Positions 1-10,805 of a DNA stretch of 47,265 bases are shown one piece after another (position 1 is the first letter of the stretch; every line of letters starts with the position of its first letter). The translations under genes were made by a program, and so were the position numbers. The DNA is from Malacoraja senta. Its lineage: Eukaryota. The stretch lies in contig JAXLNO010002960.1 of assembly GCA_038087875.1 (NCBI GenBank), forward strand, positions 186,001 to 233,265, in the 5' to 3' direction. Under the pieces are notes generated by a model. The model did no database searches. It saw only the letters and a list, made by a program, of their open reading frames with translations, and had not been told where the DNA came from.

Positions 1-36
1 GGCCTACTCCTGCACCTATTTTCTATGTTTCTACGT
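1..36 (+). mobile_element. 3' tail of CR1-type LINE (truncated by window edge)
   Basis: ggcctactcctgcacctattttctatgtttc; the same tail recurs at ~18640-18675 (+) and ~39090-39120 (-). Confidence 0.55.
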
Positions 37-61
37 CATGGTGAGTCCAGCACTCGTTGAC

Positions 62-152
62 GTCTGGTCCTGAAGACGGGTCCTGAACCAAAACGTCACC
101 CACTCATGTTCTCCAGAGATGCTACTCAACCCGCTGAGTTACTCCAGCACAA
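62..152 (+). mobile_element. Penelope-like-element-derived short repeat with a decayed minimal hammerhead motif
   Basis: ctgaaga-cgggtc-ct-gaacc-aaaac-gtc-accc followed by cccgctgagttactccagc; related copies at ~15443, ~15520-15670, ~16080-16190, ~17785-17860, ~38650-38830. Confidence 0.5.
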
Positions 153-174
153 ACAATATTAAATCTCAAGTGTT

Positions 175-448
175 TTCATTTCGAGATTCAGTGTGGCAAC
201 GGGCCCTTTGGCCCACCGAGTCCACGCCGACCAGTATTCACCTCTACACCCTCACTATCCTACACACTGGGGACTTTTTACCAAAGCCAATTAACCTACA
301 AACCTGCACGTCTTTGGAGTGTGGGAGCAAACCGGAGCATCCGTAGAAAACCCACGCTGGACACGAGGGGAACATACAAACTCTGTACACACAGCACCTG
401 GGTCTCCGGCGCAGTGAGGCAGCAACTCTACCGCTGAGCCACACTGCC
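175..448 (-). mobile_element. HE1/V-SINE-type tRNA-derived SINE
   Basis: Reverse complement of the SINE at 880-1174: head gtggctcagcggtagagttgctgcctcac, central ggtttgctcccacactccaaagacgtgcagg, tail gggccaaagggcccgttgccacactg. Confidence 0.8.
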
Positions 449-879
449 ATGTTGGGGAAAAATACTTAAAAAACAGCAGAATATTTTTGCCATTTGCCAA
501 ATGAGAGTTGACTATAGTCAAAGAGTGTGTAGTTTGTTCCTGGCACGAAAATACTTCTGCTTTATCAGTTTCACGCTTAACTCCATAAACCTAAAGACTC
601 CATTGTTGGAATGATATTCAATATTTGACAAATCTGAACACCTTAACAGACAGATATAAAGCACACAGAGGGATTACTGGAGTACATTTTCCCTTTGTAG
701 TCCCTGAGAAATCAGTGGCTGTGGCAGAGGGTTTTTCTGATGTTCTAAGCCATGCCAATCCAGATATGATTGAATGACGGAGAGGACTTGATGTGCCAAA
801 TGGAGAAGGAACATCTCATTGGGTTTTAAAGTTTGCAGAGGGCTGACATACAACTTCCTTAGCATCAAGTGATTTGATC

Positions 880-1174
880 GGCATGGTGGCGCAGCGATAG
901 ACTAAGAGTTGCTGCCTTACAGTGCCAGAGACCCGGGTTCGATCCTGTCTAGGTGTGCGTGTAGTTTGTACGTTCTCCCTGTGACCCACGTGGGATTCCT
1001 TCCGGTGCTCTGGTTTCCTCCCACATTCTAGAGATGTGCCGATGTGTAGGTTAATTGACGTCTGTAAATTGCCCCTAGTGTGAAGGATATAGGACTAGTG
1101 TACAGGTGATCGTTGGTTGGCGTGGGCTCGGTGGGCGGAAGGGCCTGTTTTCACGCCATCTCTCTAAAACAAAC
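880..1174 (+). mobile_element. HE1/V-SINE-type SINE
   Basis: tRNA-like head ggcatggtggcgcagcg...gacccgggttcgatcc (A/B boxes), central gtgctctggtttcctcccacattc, tail gggcggaagggcctgttttcacg. Confidence 0.85.
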
Positions 1175-1304
1175 TATTGCCGTTACTTCGTTGGTCTCAG
1201 TTTAACATTGCTTGTGAAAGTCAGCAAAGTACAAGATTCTTTCTATAGCCCGCAGACCAGTGAGCCCATGTGTTCATATCTTTAACCAGACAGTCAGAAC
1301 TTTT

Positions 1305-1437
1305 TTAGTTTAGTTTAGAGATACAGCACAGACTCAGGCCCTTCAGCCCACCGCGTCCACGTCAACCAGCGATACCCGTGCATTAAACTACCCTACGCAC
1401 ACTAGGGACAATTTACATTTATACCAAATTAACCTAC
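1305..1437 (-). mobile_element. SINE 3' half (split by the Rex1 insertion; resumes at 2994)
   Basis: Matches other minus-strand SINE copies up to aattaacctac, then switches abruptly to LINE RT sequence. Confidence 0.7.
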
Positions 1438-1446
1438 TCTCTAGAC

Positions 1447-2993
1447 TGACATCTTCAACCTGTCACATGCCCAAGCAGTTGTCCCCACGTGCCTTAAAAC
1501 CACCTCCCTCGTGCCGGGGCCAAAACACTCCACTGCGGCGAGCCTCAACGACTTCTGCCCAGTTGCATTTACTCCCATCATCACTAAGTGCTTCGAGAGG
1601 CTGGCACACCTCAAAGGCTGCCTACCTCCCACACTGGATCCCTATCAGTTCGCCTACCGCAAGAACAGGAGTACGGAGGATGCCATCTCAACGGCACTTC
1701 ACTCCGCCCTCTCCCACCTCGACAACAGAGACACCTACGTGAGAATGCTGTTCATCTCAGCATTTAACATCATTATCCCCTCAAAACCGATGACCAAACT
1801 CAGCGACCTGGGCATCGACCCCTCCCTCTGCAACTGGATACTGGACTTTCTAACCAACAGACCCCAGTCTGTTAGGTCATACAACCACACCTCTTCAACC
1901 CTCACCCTGAACACAGGGCTGTGTGCTGAACCCCCTCCTCTACTCCCTCTTCACCTATGACTGCACACCTGTACATGGTACTAACACCATCATCAAGTAT
2001 GCAGATGATACAACAGTGATTGGCCTCATCAGCAACAACGATGAGTCGGCCTATAGGGAGGAGGTCCAGCTCCTAGCAGCATGGTGCGCTGACAACAACC
2101 TGGCCTGTAACTACAAGAAGACCAAGGAGCTCATTGTGGACTGCAGAAGGTCTGGGGGCGGCACGCACACCCCCATCCACATTAACGGGACGGAGGTGGA
2201 ACGTGTTTCCAGCTTCAGGTTTCTGGGGGTCAACATCTCTGATGACCTCTCTTGGCCCACAATACCTCAACACTGGTTAAGAAGCCTCACCAGCTTCTCT
2301 TCTTCCTGAGGAGACAAAAGAAGGTCCATCTGTCTCCTCAGATTCTGGTGAACATCTAGCGCTGCACCATCGAGAGCATCCTTACCAACTGTATCACAGG
2401 TTGGTATGGCAACTGTCTCCGACCGGAAACCACTGCAGAGGGTGGTGAAAACTGCCCAACGCATCACCGGTTCCTCACTCCCCTCCATTGAGTCTGTCCA
2501 ACGCAAGCATTGTCTGCGAAGGGCGCGCAGCATCATCAAGGACTGCTCTCACCCCAGCCACATACTGTTTATCCTCCTCCCATCCGGGAGGCGCTACACG
2601 TCTCTCCGTTGCCAGATCAGCAGGTTCAGGAACAGCTTCTTCCCTGCGGCTGTTACACAACTTAACTCTGTACCTTGGGGATTGCCAGTCACCCATCCCG
2701 GACACTCCTTCCCCAGAAAAATTGCACTNNNNNNNNNNNNNNNNNNNNNNNNNNNNNNNNNNNNNNNNNNNNNNNNNNNNNNNNNNNNNNNNNNNNNNNN
2801 NNNNNNNNNNNNNNNNNNNNNNNNNNNNNNNNNNNNNNNNNNNNNNNNNNNNNNNNNNNNAGTGCAAAATTGTATATATATCTTGCTGTTCCATTATTCT
2901 ATGTTCGCTCTATTGGGTGAGATGCTAACTGCATTTCGCTGTCTCTGTACTGTACACTGCACAATGACAATAAAGATTGATTCTGAATCTGAA
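1447..2993 (+). mobile_element. 5'-truncated, frameshifted Rex1/Babar-clade LINE (RT plus C-terminal domain)
   Basis: ORFs 1511-1960, 1923-2309 and 2406+ give [54 protein letters not shown]; 3' end aataaag...(tctgaa)n; inserted into a SINE. Confidence 0.9.
2729..2860. other. Assembly gap (132 N) in the Rex1 3' UTR
   Basis: Run of N. Confidence 1.
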
Positions 2994-3169
2994 ACCTACA
3001 TGTCTTTGGATTGTGGGAGAAAACTGAAGATCTCGGAAAAAAAAAACACGCGGGTCAAGGGGAAAATGTACAAATCTGTACTGACAGCACCCGTAGTCAG
3101 GATCGAACCTGGGTCTCTGGCACTGCAAGCAGTGTAAGCAAAGAACTCTACCGCTGCGCCGCCGTGCCC
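2994..3169 (-). mobile_element. SINE 5' half (continuation of 1305-1437)
   Basis: acctacatgtctttggattgtgggag...aactctaccgctgcgccgccgtgcc. Confidence 0.7.
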
Positions 3170-3194
3170 GCCCCTTTTCCCCAGGACAGAGATG

Positions 3195-3460
3195 GAATAC
3201 TAGAGGGCATAGCTTTAACGAGAGTGGGGCAAAGTTTAAAGATGTGTGGAGCAAGTTATAAGAGGTTAGAGTGCACCTTGAGTGTGTTGCCAGGGGTGGT
3301 GGAGGCAGATACAACAGTGGCATTTAACAGGTTTTTGGATAGGCAGGGAATGGAGGGATAATGATAATGTGCAGACAGATAAGAGTTGGCAGTGGTGTCA
3401 CGTTTAGCACAGGCATTGTGGGCCGAAGGGGCGGTTCCTGTGTTGTACTGGTCTATGTTT
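3195..3460 (+). mobile_element. Degenerate CR1 3' end
   Basis: TRGHSLK-like remnant (actagagggcatagcttt) followed by tail gtgggccgaagggg...ctatgttt. Confidence 0.55.
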
Positions 3461-3541
3461 TAAACCTCAGGTTATCAATCTTTATCTTTAACAAAGGGTT
3501 TGGTGGGGAAGGGAATGAGATGAGTTAAGACAAGCTGATTT

Positions 3542-3836
3542 AAACTTTAGCGATATAGAGTGGAAACTGGCCTTTCGGCCCACCGAGACCACACCGACCA
3601 GCGATCACCCCGTACGCTAGCACTACCCTACGCACTAGGGACAATTTACAAATTTTCCAAAGCCTATTAACCTTGAAAAGCTGCAGGTCTGTGGCGTGTG
3701 GGAGGAAACCGGAGCACCCGGAGAAAACCCACGCTGTCACAGGGAGAAAGTACAGGCAGCATCCCCGGTCAGGATTGACCCCGGGTCTCTGGCGCTGTAA
3801 GGCAGCAACTCCATCGCTGCGCCACCGTGCCGCCCA
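3542..3836 (-). mobile_element. HE1/V-SINE-type SINE
   Basis: Full reverse-complement match to the SINE layout, ending ctgcgccaccgtgcc. Confidence 0.85.
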
Positions 3837-3975
3837 AATAGTTGCACATCAGATTAGACAAGTTAGGAAGAAGAACGTGTCCAACATTGTAGATTCAATT
3901 GCGGAGTTCAATTACTTCAGGCATATATATATGCTAGGCGCCGCTGTTATAACCATATAACCATATAACAATTAC

Positions 3976-4735
3976 AACAATTTTGGTTGTTGAGTAGAGC
4001 AACTACTCGTGAATAAAAAACTGCTGTGACAGTCCGGAGACGCCTTCCAGAGGGTAGTGATTTAAATAGTTTGTGGCCAGGGTGAGAGGGGTCAGAGATG
4101 ATCTTACCCGCTCGCTTCCTGGCCCTTGCAGTGTACAGTTCATCAATGGAGGAAAGGTTGCAGCCAATAACCTTCTCTGCTGATCGGACGATTCGCTGCA
4201 GCCTCCAGGTGTCGTGCTTGGTGACTGAGCCAAACCAGACCATGATGGGGATGGTGAGAACAGACTCTACGATGGTCGTGTAGAATTGGACCATCATTGC
4301 CTGTGGCAGATTGTGTTTCCTCAGCTGCCGCAGGAAGTACATCATCTGTTGTGCCTGTTTGACTGTGGAGTCCGTGGTAGCCCCCCACTTATGGTCCTTG
4401 GAGATGATGGTTCCCAGGAACTTAAAAGATTCCACAAATGTGACTGTGGTGTTGTTGATGGTGAGTGGGGTGAGGGGAGGGGGAGCTCTCCTAAAGTCTA
4501 CAATCAATTACACTGTCTTAAGAGAATTGAGCTCCAGGTTGTTGCTACGGCACCAGGACGCCAGCTGTGACACTTGATGTCTGTAGGCCGATTCCTCCCC
4601 ATCCTGGATCAGTCCAATCAGGGTTGTGTTGTCCGCAAACTTGAGAAGCTTGACTGACAGAGGTGAAGTCGTTGGTGTAGAGAGCGTAGAGGAGAGGAGA
4701 AAGTACGCAGCCTTGTGGTGCTCCTATGCTGAGTG
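3976..4735 (-). mobile_element. Rex1/Babar LINE 3' fragment
   Basis: ORF 3947-4507: MIVDFRRAPPPLTPL...FKFLGTIIS...YFLRQLRK...LPSGRRLR; upstream LYALYTND/KFADD-like remnants. Confidence 0.85.
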
Positions 4736-4888
4736 TTTACGGGTCCCAGATGTACTTTCCCAGCCAAAGTAAGTCAAATGAGCACTGGTGGGTGAAGAGT
4801 TGTAAACTAAGACCCTTGGACAGGTGAGTGGACAAGACAGGTTTAGAGGGGACAATGGACACAAGTGTGTGGGCCTTTGGTACCTTCT

Positions 4889-5137
4889 CAAGATGGCGTC
4901 TTGAATGGCGGGACCTTAACAAGATGGCCGCCGGCATCCGACCAATCATCGGCGCCGACCTCACATGCCCTCACCAGGATGGCCGCCATCAACCCCTCAC
5001 AAAGATGGCCGCCGGCATCCGACCAATCAGCGGTGGCGATCTCACCTGCCCTCACCAAGATGGCCACCGACATCCGACCAATCAGTGGCGCCGACCTCAC
5101 CACGATGGCCGCCATCAACCCCTCATAAAGATGGCCG
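4889..5137 (+). repeat. CpG-rich imperfect tandem repeat (~81/55-bp units) of AAGATGGC and CCAATCA motifs
   Basis: About 7 (A/G)(A/C/G)GATGGC motifs and three gaccaatca boxes (4942, 5023, 5078). Confidence 0.8.
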
Positions 5138-5214
5138 ATGGAACTCTCTGCCACAGAAGGGATCAGGGGGTACGGAGAGAAGGCAGGTACAGGATACTGA
5201 GTTGGATGATCAGC

Positions 5215-5742
5215 TGTGAGAAAGGGGTTAATAGGTATAAGTTGATTTAGACAAGAACCCTTTGTATAGTAGGGAGGATAGGGGGAGTGAAGGACGAGTA
5301 CAGATGGTGACTTTTTCAAGGATGAGAACAGAGAAGATAGCAACAGCCCAGCCAAGAACTGGGGTAAGGGTCAGGAGAAACACTCTGTGCGCATGGGCAA
5401 TGAACTTACACGAATATGTACACACACCCACTATGACAAGATGTCTCATTTAAATGCACATGCGATGCATGATATGGGAGGTGTCTTTGACGTCGGGTGG
5501 ACGTTCCATGACGTTCTCGTGGGAATGTGGGCTTTATGTTATGATTGGAAGAAGCACAATGGGGAGGGATGAGGGTGTGACAATGATACCCATGAAATGT
5601 ATAAAGATAGAAGTCATCCCGATCCTCGGTGTGCCTCTAGGGGACATCAGAGGAGAGGCACCTATTCTGCAGAATATGATTTGAATAAAAAGCTTCTTTG
5701 ACGACTTTGTCTCTAAAAGCGTTTGTGATTTTGAATCTCACA
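5215..5742 (+). repeat. ERV 5' LTR (528 bp)
   Basis: tgtgaga...tctcaca inverted ends; tataaa at ~5600; aataaa 5684-5689; direct repeat of 10806-11349. Confidence 0.93.
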
Positions 5743-5747
5743 ATTTT

Positions 5748-5766
5748 TGGGGGCTCGTCTCGGGAC
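5748..5766 (+). promoter_or_regulatory. Primer-binding site complementary to tRNA-Pro
   Basis: tgggggctcgtctcgggac versus the canonical MLV-type tgggggctcgtccgggat, 5 nt after the LTR. Confidence 0.85.
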
Positions 5767-6129
5767 CCCCACTCCGGCTGGCTGACGACGGTATACAGAA
5801 GAAGGGACGGTGCACCCCGTTGATTTTAACGGTCCCAGACCCCTAGATTGCCGTCAGCGGTTTGGGCGAGTGGTATCCCTGAACAGAGACTTAGCAAAGA
5901 AGTGGGAGTAGTTGGAAATCCGATCGGGAGGAAGATCGGGGGAAATTCGCGAAGGAGCCAAATCGAGTGATTCTTGTGTACAGGACCCGGGTAAGAAAAC
6001 TGACTATTTACTACTCGGGCGATTGGGATAAGACCTTGTGGATACCGCCCTGAAGAATTCAGGGGTCTGTACGGGCAAGGCAGGAAAATGGTGGGAAAAT
6101 AGATCGGGGGGGAAATTCCGATCGGGAGG

Positions 6130-7790
6130 ATGGGCCATGAGAACGGAAAGCCCACCAGGGAGGGGAAGGGCGGTAAGCCCGACCCCAGCATTCTGCCTGA
6201 TAGTCCGTTGAGGCGAATGCTGAGCCTCTGGGGGCAGGGAAATACCCAGGGAATTGGAGGACAAAAATGATTGAGCCTCTGGGGGCAGAGAAATACCCAG
6301 GGAATTGGAGAAGACAAAAATGATTTGATTCTGTTATTTTGAGTTTTAATACATGTAAAAGATGTTGCATTTATTTGAAGTAAGAATGGAACGAATGTGA
6401 TTTGTGTGTAAAAACCGGTTTGGAATGAAAGAGGAAGTTTATATATGTGATAATTATTTTGTTTATTGTATTTGTAGACCACATTGGAAGAGTAAGTAAG
6501 TACGTTTTATTAAAATCAAAAATGTTCACTGTAGGTAGGTGTATGTTCCTTTAAATAAATCAGGTCATGGTGAAAGGCGCCGAACAGCTGTAAGATAACG
6601 ATTAATGTTTGTATCCTTGTAAGAAGGGGAAGTTGTGAAACCAGCTTTTGGTTTTTCTGATGTTCTTTTTAGATTTCTAGTCAGTAAAGATAATTTGGAA
6701 AATTGTTACTAGTGCTAGGAATTGAACATTTAAAATAGTGGTGAATATGGATTGAAATAATTGGAAATAAGTTAATTGGTAAACATTCAAGTTTAGAAAG
6801 AAAGGAGAGAGAGGCAGTTAGAAGATAACAGAAGTAGAAAAACGACAGGCGTGAAAGTAATAAAGCAGGAGGAGTCAGTGGAAGATTTTTGCAAGGAGGC
6901 TAGAATATTTGAGAAGCAAGAAATTGAGTTTAGAATTAGAAAGAAGGCATACCAGAAAGGATTAAAGTTGGAAGCATTGGGATAAAGTGATGAGACTGTT
7001 TTAAAGAGAAAAGAGAAGGACAGACACGGATTATCCCTTGGGGCACCCATAAACTGAAAGGGCTAAAAAATACCTCACCCTATATCCCTGATGGGGGAGG
7101 AAATGGATTAGGGCTTTGGAGGAGGAGAACGTGGGACGATTATTGATCATGGAAGATTTGAAGGCACTGTTGGTAAAAGTGATAGGAACCACTAAAGTGA
7201 CAGAACTACTGAAGATGGATGGTATAAACTGATGCGAACAATGTAACAAGCAATGGCATACTGTTTGCCACAGTCAGGCAGAGGGTATGGCAGACCCTCA
7301 GACAATGTTACCCACTTAAGAGGAACCCCAAGGAACAAGGGGAGATACAGAAGGAAAGGCAAATAGCCTATCTGGAAAACCAGCTGAAAAGGTGGAGAGT
7401 TGATTGATGAACATTATATTATGAACTACTGTGGTGGATGTCATTCTTCTTAAAGTCAAGCAGATTCAGCGAACAGTTGGTCTCTGCGGTCGAGAAATAT
7501 CGCAAAGATAGGAAAAAGATTTGCAAACCAGCAGGAGGAGGTGTTGTCAATAAACAATGGACCTAAGTGAGTCCTATGACGGAACCAAGCAGGGCCAGAG
7601 AATTACATGCCAATAATGAATGTCTTTGGGGTACGTTTCCTCAAAAAGTCCTATCAGGAGTGAAATTAATCTGGATATAAGCCCTAACAGGACTGGGGTC
7701 CCCAAGAGAGAAAGGGATTTAAGGGAGGATTTGTTGGTATTGTTCCATAAGTAACAAGCGATGTAAGAGAGAGAGAGAGAGATTTAAAAA
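6130..7790 (+). pseudogene. gag: Fragmented gag (MA N-terminus, capsid remnant, decayed zinc knuckle)
   Basis: MGHENGK...ILPDSPLRRMLSLW (MA-type); RKWIRALEEENVGRLLIMEDLKALL (~7110-7170, capsid-type); GRICWYCS (~7720-7750); many stops and deletions. Confidence 0.65.
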
Positions 7791-7879
7791 AAATACTTCA
7801 GAATGTAGGACAGAGAATGATAACCTCGGGAAAAGGCAGGATATAGTTCAGACTAGATTAGGTATAAGCCCTGTAGTGT

Positions 7880-8430
7880 CGTTTATGATGAATAAGGTAA
7901 TTAAGAGGTTTGGTAGACGTACAGAAATCAGCTTTGACAACGGATTGTTTTCATTTAGGGAGTAGCTAAGTTGGCGATAGAGACCCTTAGAGTAAAATAC
8001 ACATTTGGGTATGTAACACCTGCAGTCACAGGCATGGTGGAAAGAATAAATGGAACATTGAAGGTTAATATAAATAAGATTTGTTTAATTACAAAGTTGA
8101 ATGGGATCGATGACCTGCCATTGGCACTGAAGAGATGTTGCATGCAAACTAACCGAGCAGGTGGCACAATGGAGAGGTCCCTACAAGAGACCGAGTTTGG
8201 AACAGTTAAAGATAGAATTTAAAAAGTATATGAAACAGTTAATTATGATATACAAGTCTATTTACGAACAGGAAAAGTAAAAGCTGTTGGAGGTGGACCA
8301 GGAGGAAGGACCCTTTAAACCTGAAGACAAGGTGTATGTATGAGTTTTCTAAACTACCGACCGATGTTCAGGTAGAAGGTTGATATACCTGGTACCATTT
8401 CAATAATACCTGAGGGCTGTCCCGCAGGTA
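7880..8430 (+). pseudogene. pol: Integrase remnant A (core plus C-terminal domain, fish epsilon-like)
   Basis: VIKRFGRRTEISFDNG; GMVERINGTLKVNINKIC; SLEQLKIEFKKYMKQL; PFKPEDKVYV*VF; PTDVQVEG*YTWYHFN. Confidence 0.8.
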
Positions 8431-8514
8431 TGAATAGATAATAGCCCTGAGGTAATTGAACAGGAGGACAAGAGATGTGAGAAAAGAGTAGAGTTTGAAC
8501 AAGAACGTTGTTTG

Positions 8515-9478
8515 ACATCAGTGGTGGGCAAAATAATGGAAAGCATACTTAAGACAATATAAGAATTTGGATAAATAGGGTAGGATTAGGAAGAATTAGC
8601 ATGGATTTGTGATTGTGATGTTTGACTAATCTTGAATTTTTTGAAAAGGTTATTAGGGAAATTGATGAGGGTAAAGTGATGGATGTTGTCTAGATGAACT
8701 TCAGTAAGGCCTTTGACATGGTTCAATAAGGAAATAAGGTTGGTTAAGAAGGGTTAGTAAGGAATAGCAAGATGGATTAAAAAGTGGCTGTATGGGAGAT
8801 GTCAGAGAGCAATGGTGGATGGATGTTTGTCAGGTTGGAGGTCAGTGACTAGAGGGGTACCTCGGGGATGTGTGTTGGGTCCACTGTTGTTTGTCATGTG
8901 AATCAATAATCTGGATGTTGGTGTGGTAAAATAGATTAATAAGTATGTAGATGATAATAAGATAGGTGGTGTTGTGAATAATGAAGTAGATTTTAAAAAG
9001 TGTACAGAGAGATTTAGGTCATTTGGAAGAATGGGTTGAAACATGACAGATGGGTTTAATGTTGATAAGTGTGAGGTGATACATCTTGGCAGGACAAATC
9101 AAAATTGAATGTACATGGTAAATGATTGTGAATTGAGGAATGAAGTTGAATAGAGGGATCTAGGAATAACTGTGCATGGTTCCCTGAAGGTGGAATTTCA
9201 TGAAGATAGGATGGTAAAGAAAGATTTTGGTGTGTTTGCCTTTATAAATCAGAGCATTGTGTATAGAAGTTGGGTTGTAATGTTAAATTGTACAAGGTAT
9301 TGGTGAGGTCAATTGTGGAGTATGGTGTATAATTTTGGTAGGCTTAATTATAGGAAGGATGTCAACAAAATAGAGAGAGTACAGAGGAGATCAATTAGAA
9401 TGTTGACTGGGTTTCAGCAACTAAGACACAGAGAAAGGTTGAACAAGTTAGGTCTTTATTATTTAGGAACGATAGAAG
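8515..9478 (+). mobile_element. Heavily mutated CR1 RT fragment inside the ERV
   Basis: SVVGKIMESIL, DVV*MNFSKAFD, RGVPRGCVLGPLLFV, KYVDDNK (YADD-derived), RLNKLGLY. Confidence 0.85.
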
Positions 9479-9853
9479 GGGTCCCAACAAATACAAGGGA
9501 ATGATGTATTCCTAAGGAACTATTTACTGGCAGTATCTCGTTCTCTTACAGAATTAAGAACCAAGGGGCTGCTGGCACAGAGTCCCCATCTCGACTTTCC
9601 AATCCATTCTGTGAAAGCGGGGGACTGGGATCTTGTAACATCATGGAAGGAAGAAAAGCTGCAACCTAAGTGGACTGGACCCTACCTGGTGTTACTAATC
9701 ACCGAGACAGCAGTACGAACAAAAGAAAAAGGGTGGACACACGCAAGCCGATTTAAGGGTCCTGTGGAGGCCCCACCAAACAATATCAGCCCGTGGACTG
9801 TGCGCAAAGGAGAGGAACCATTGACTTTAATATTTAACAAGAACCCGCGGTAA
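9479..9853 (+). pseudogene. pol: Integrase remnant B (linker plus C-terminal GPY domain)
   Basis: FLRNYLLAVSRSLTELRTKGLLAQSPHLDFPIHSVKAGDW...PKWTGPYLVLL...GWTHASR; near-identical to 43384-43688. Confidence 0.88.
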
Positions 9854-9855
9854 AA

Positions 9856-10765
9856 ATGAAGATTTCGTGTTGGTGGGTCGTGTGTTGGGTGGTTACCCAA
9901 CTATGTAAGCATACAGAGTGTTCAAATGCAGGAAAGTGGAAGGATGTGCAGATAGAACAGGGAGAATGAGCCTAAGGATTTGAAGATAATGATAGTAGCA
10001 GGAGAAACAGAATTAAGGCAATTATATGAGGAGGGAATACCTACAGGAGGGAAGGGAGCCAACACCTGGCTTGCCTGGATCATGTACACGGCCAGGAGTA
10101 TGCAACACACCAATTGCTACGCCTGTGCCGGAGCTAAGCCTCAGCTGGTTCCAGAACCATTTCCCTTGAATTGGGATAGGACACCTGGGGCTATGTCATG
10201 TATACTACAGCTATTCACGAATCCCATCCTACCAAAGGATGCGACCTGCCAGAGTTATCATTACCTACTCCCGGCTAGCAACAACAATACAAAGGGCCGA
10301 AGGACAGACCCTTCGACACACACATATATATAGATGCGATAGGGGTGCCAAGAGGGGTACCCGATGAATTCAAAGCCAGAAACCAGATAGCTGCGGGCTT
10401 TGAGTCCATACTCTTCTGGTGGTCCACACTTAATAAAAATGTGGACTGGATCAACTACCTATACTACAATCAACAACGCTTTATAAATTACACTCGAGAT
10501 GCGGTTGAAGGATTAGCGGAACAACTGACAGATACCAGCCTAATGGCCTGGCAAAATCGCATGGCCTTAGACATGCTACTGGCTGAGAAGGGAGGGGTGT
10601 GTGTAATGTTTGGGGAACAATGTTGCACCTTCATCCCCAACAACATTGCTCCTGATGGGTCAGTATCGAGAGCCCTAGCAGGTCTCACCTCCCTGTCTAT
10701 CGAATGAGAGGAAGATAGAGAGAGGCGAAGATTCTGCTGCTAGCATTAGAGAAGGGGCAGATAGT
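9856..10765 (+). pseudogene. env: Internally deleted env
   Basis: Signal peptide MKISCWWVVCWVVTQL, NCYAC (CXXC), ISD QNRMALDMLLAEKGGVC, CX6CC; several deletions relative to the 41435-43383 copy, including the TM anchor. Confidence 0.9.
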
Positions 10766-10805
10766 CTAAATCAAAGATTGCAGTAGCAATAGTAAAAGTG
10801 TGGAT

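Noticed and set aside
450-880. Search for MHC alpha1/alpha2 or leader exons in unique sequence upstream of the C1 exon
   Set aside because: No open frame with groove-domain motifs (e.g. YGC, YDG.DF, CI.WL) here or at 1175-1300 and 3837-3945.
880-960. tRNA gene
   Set aside because: A/B-box-like head belongs to a SINE with V-domain core and LINE-derived tail; no cloverleaf 3' half.
4828-5355. Several overlapping 80-155 aa ORFs
   Set aside because: By-products of the GC-rich tandem repeat; repetitive peptides with no splice or domain support.
5826-6482. 218-aa minus-strand ORF
   Set aside because: Antisense to the purine-rich ERV leader/gag; Pro/Phe-rich composition and internal repeat are explained by the opposite strand; no recognisable domain.
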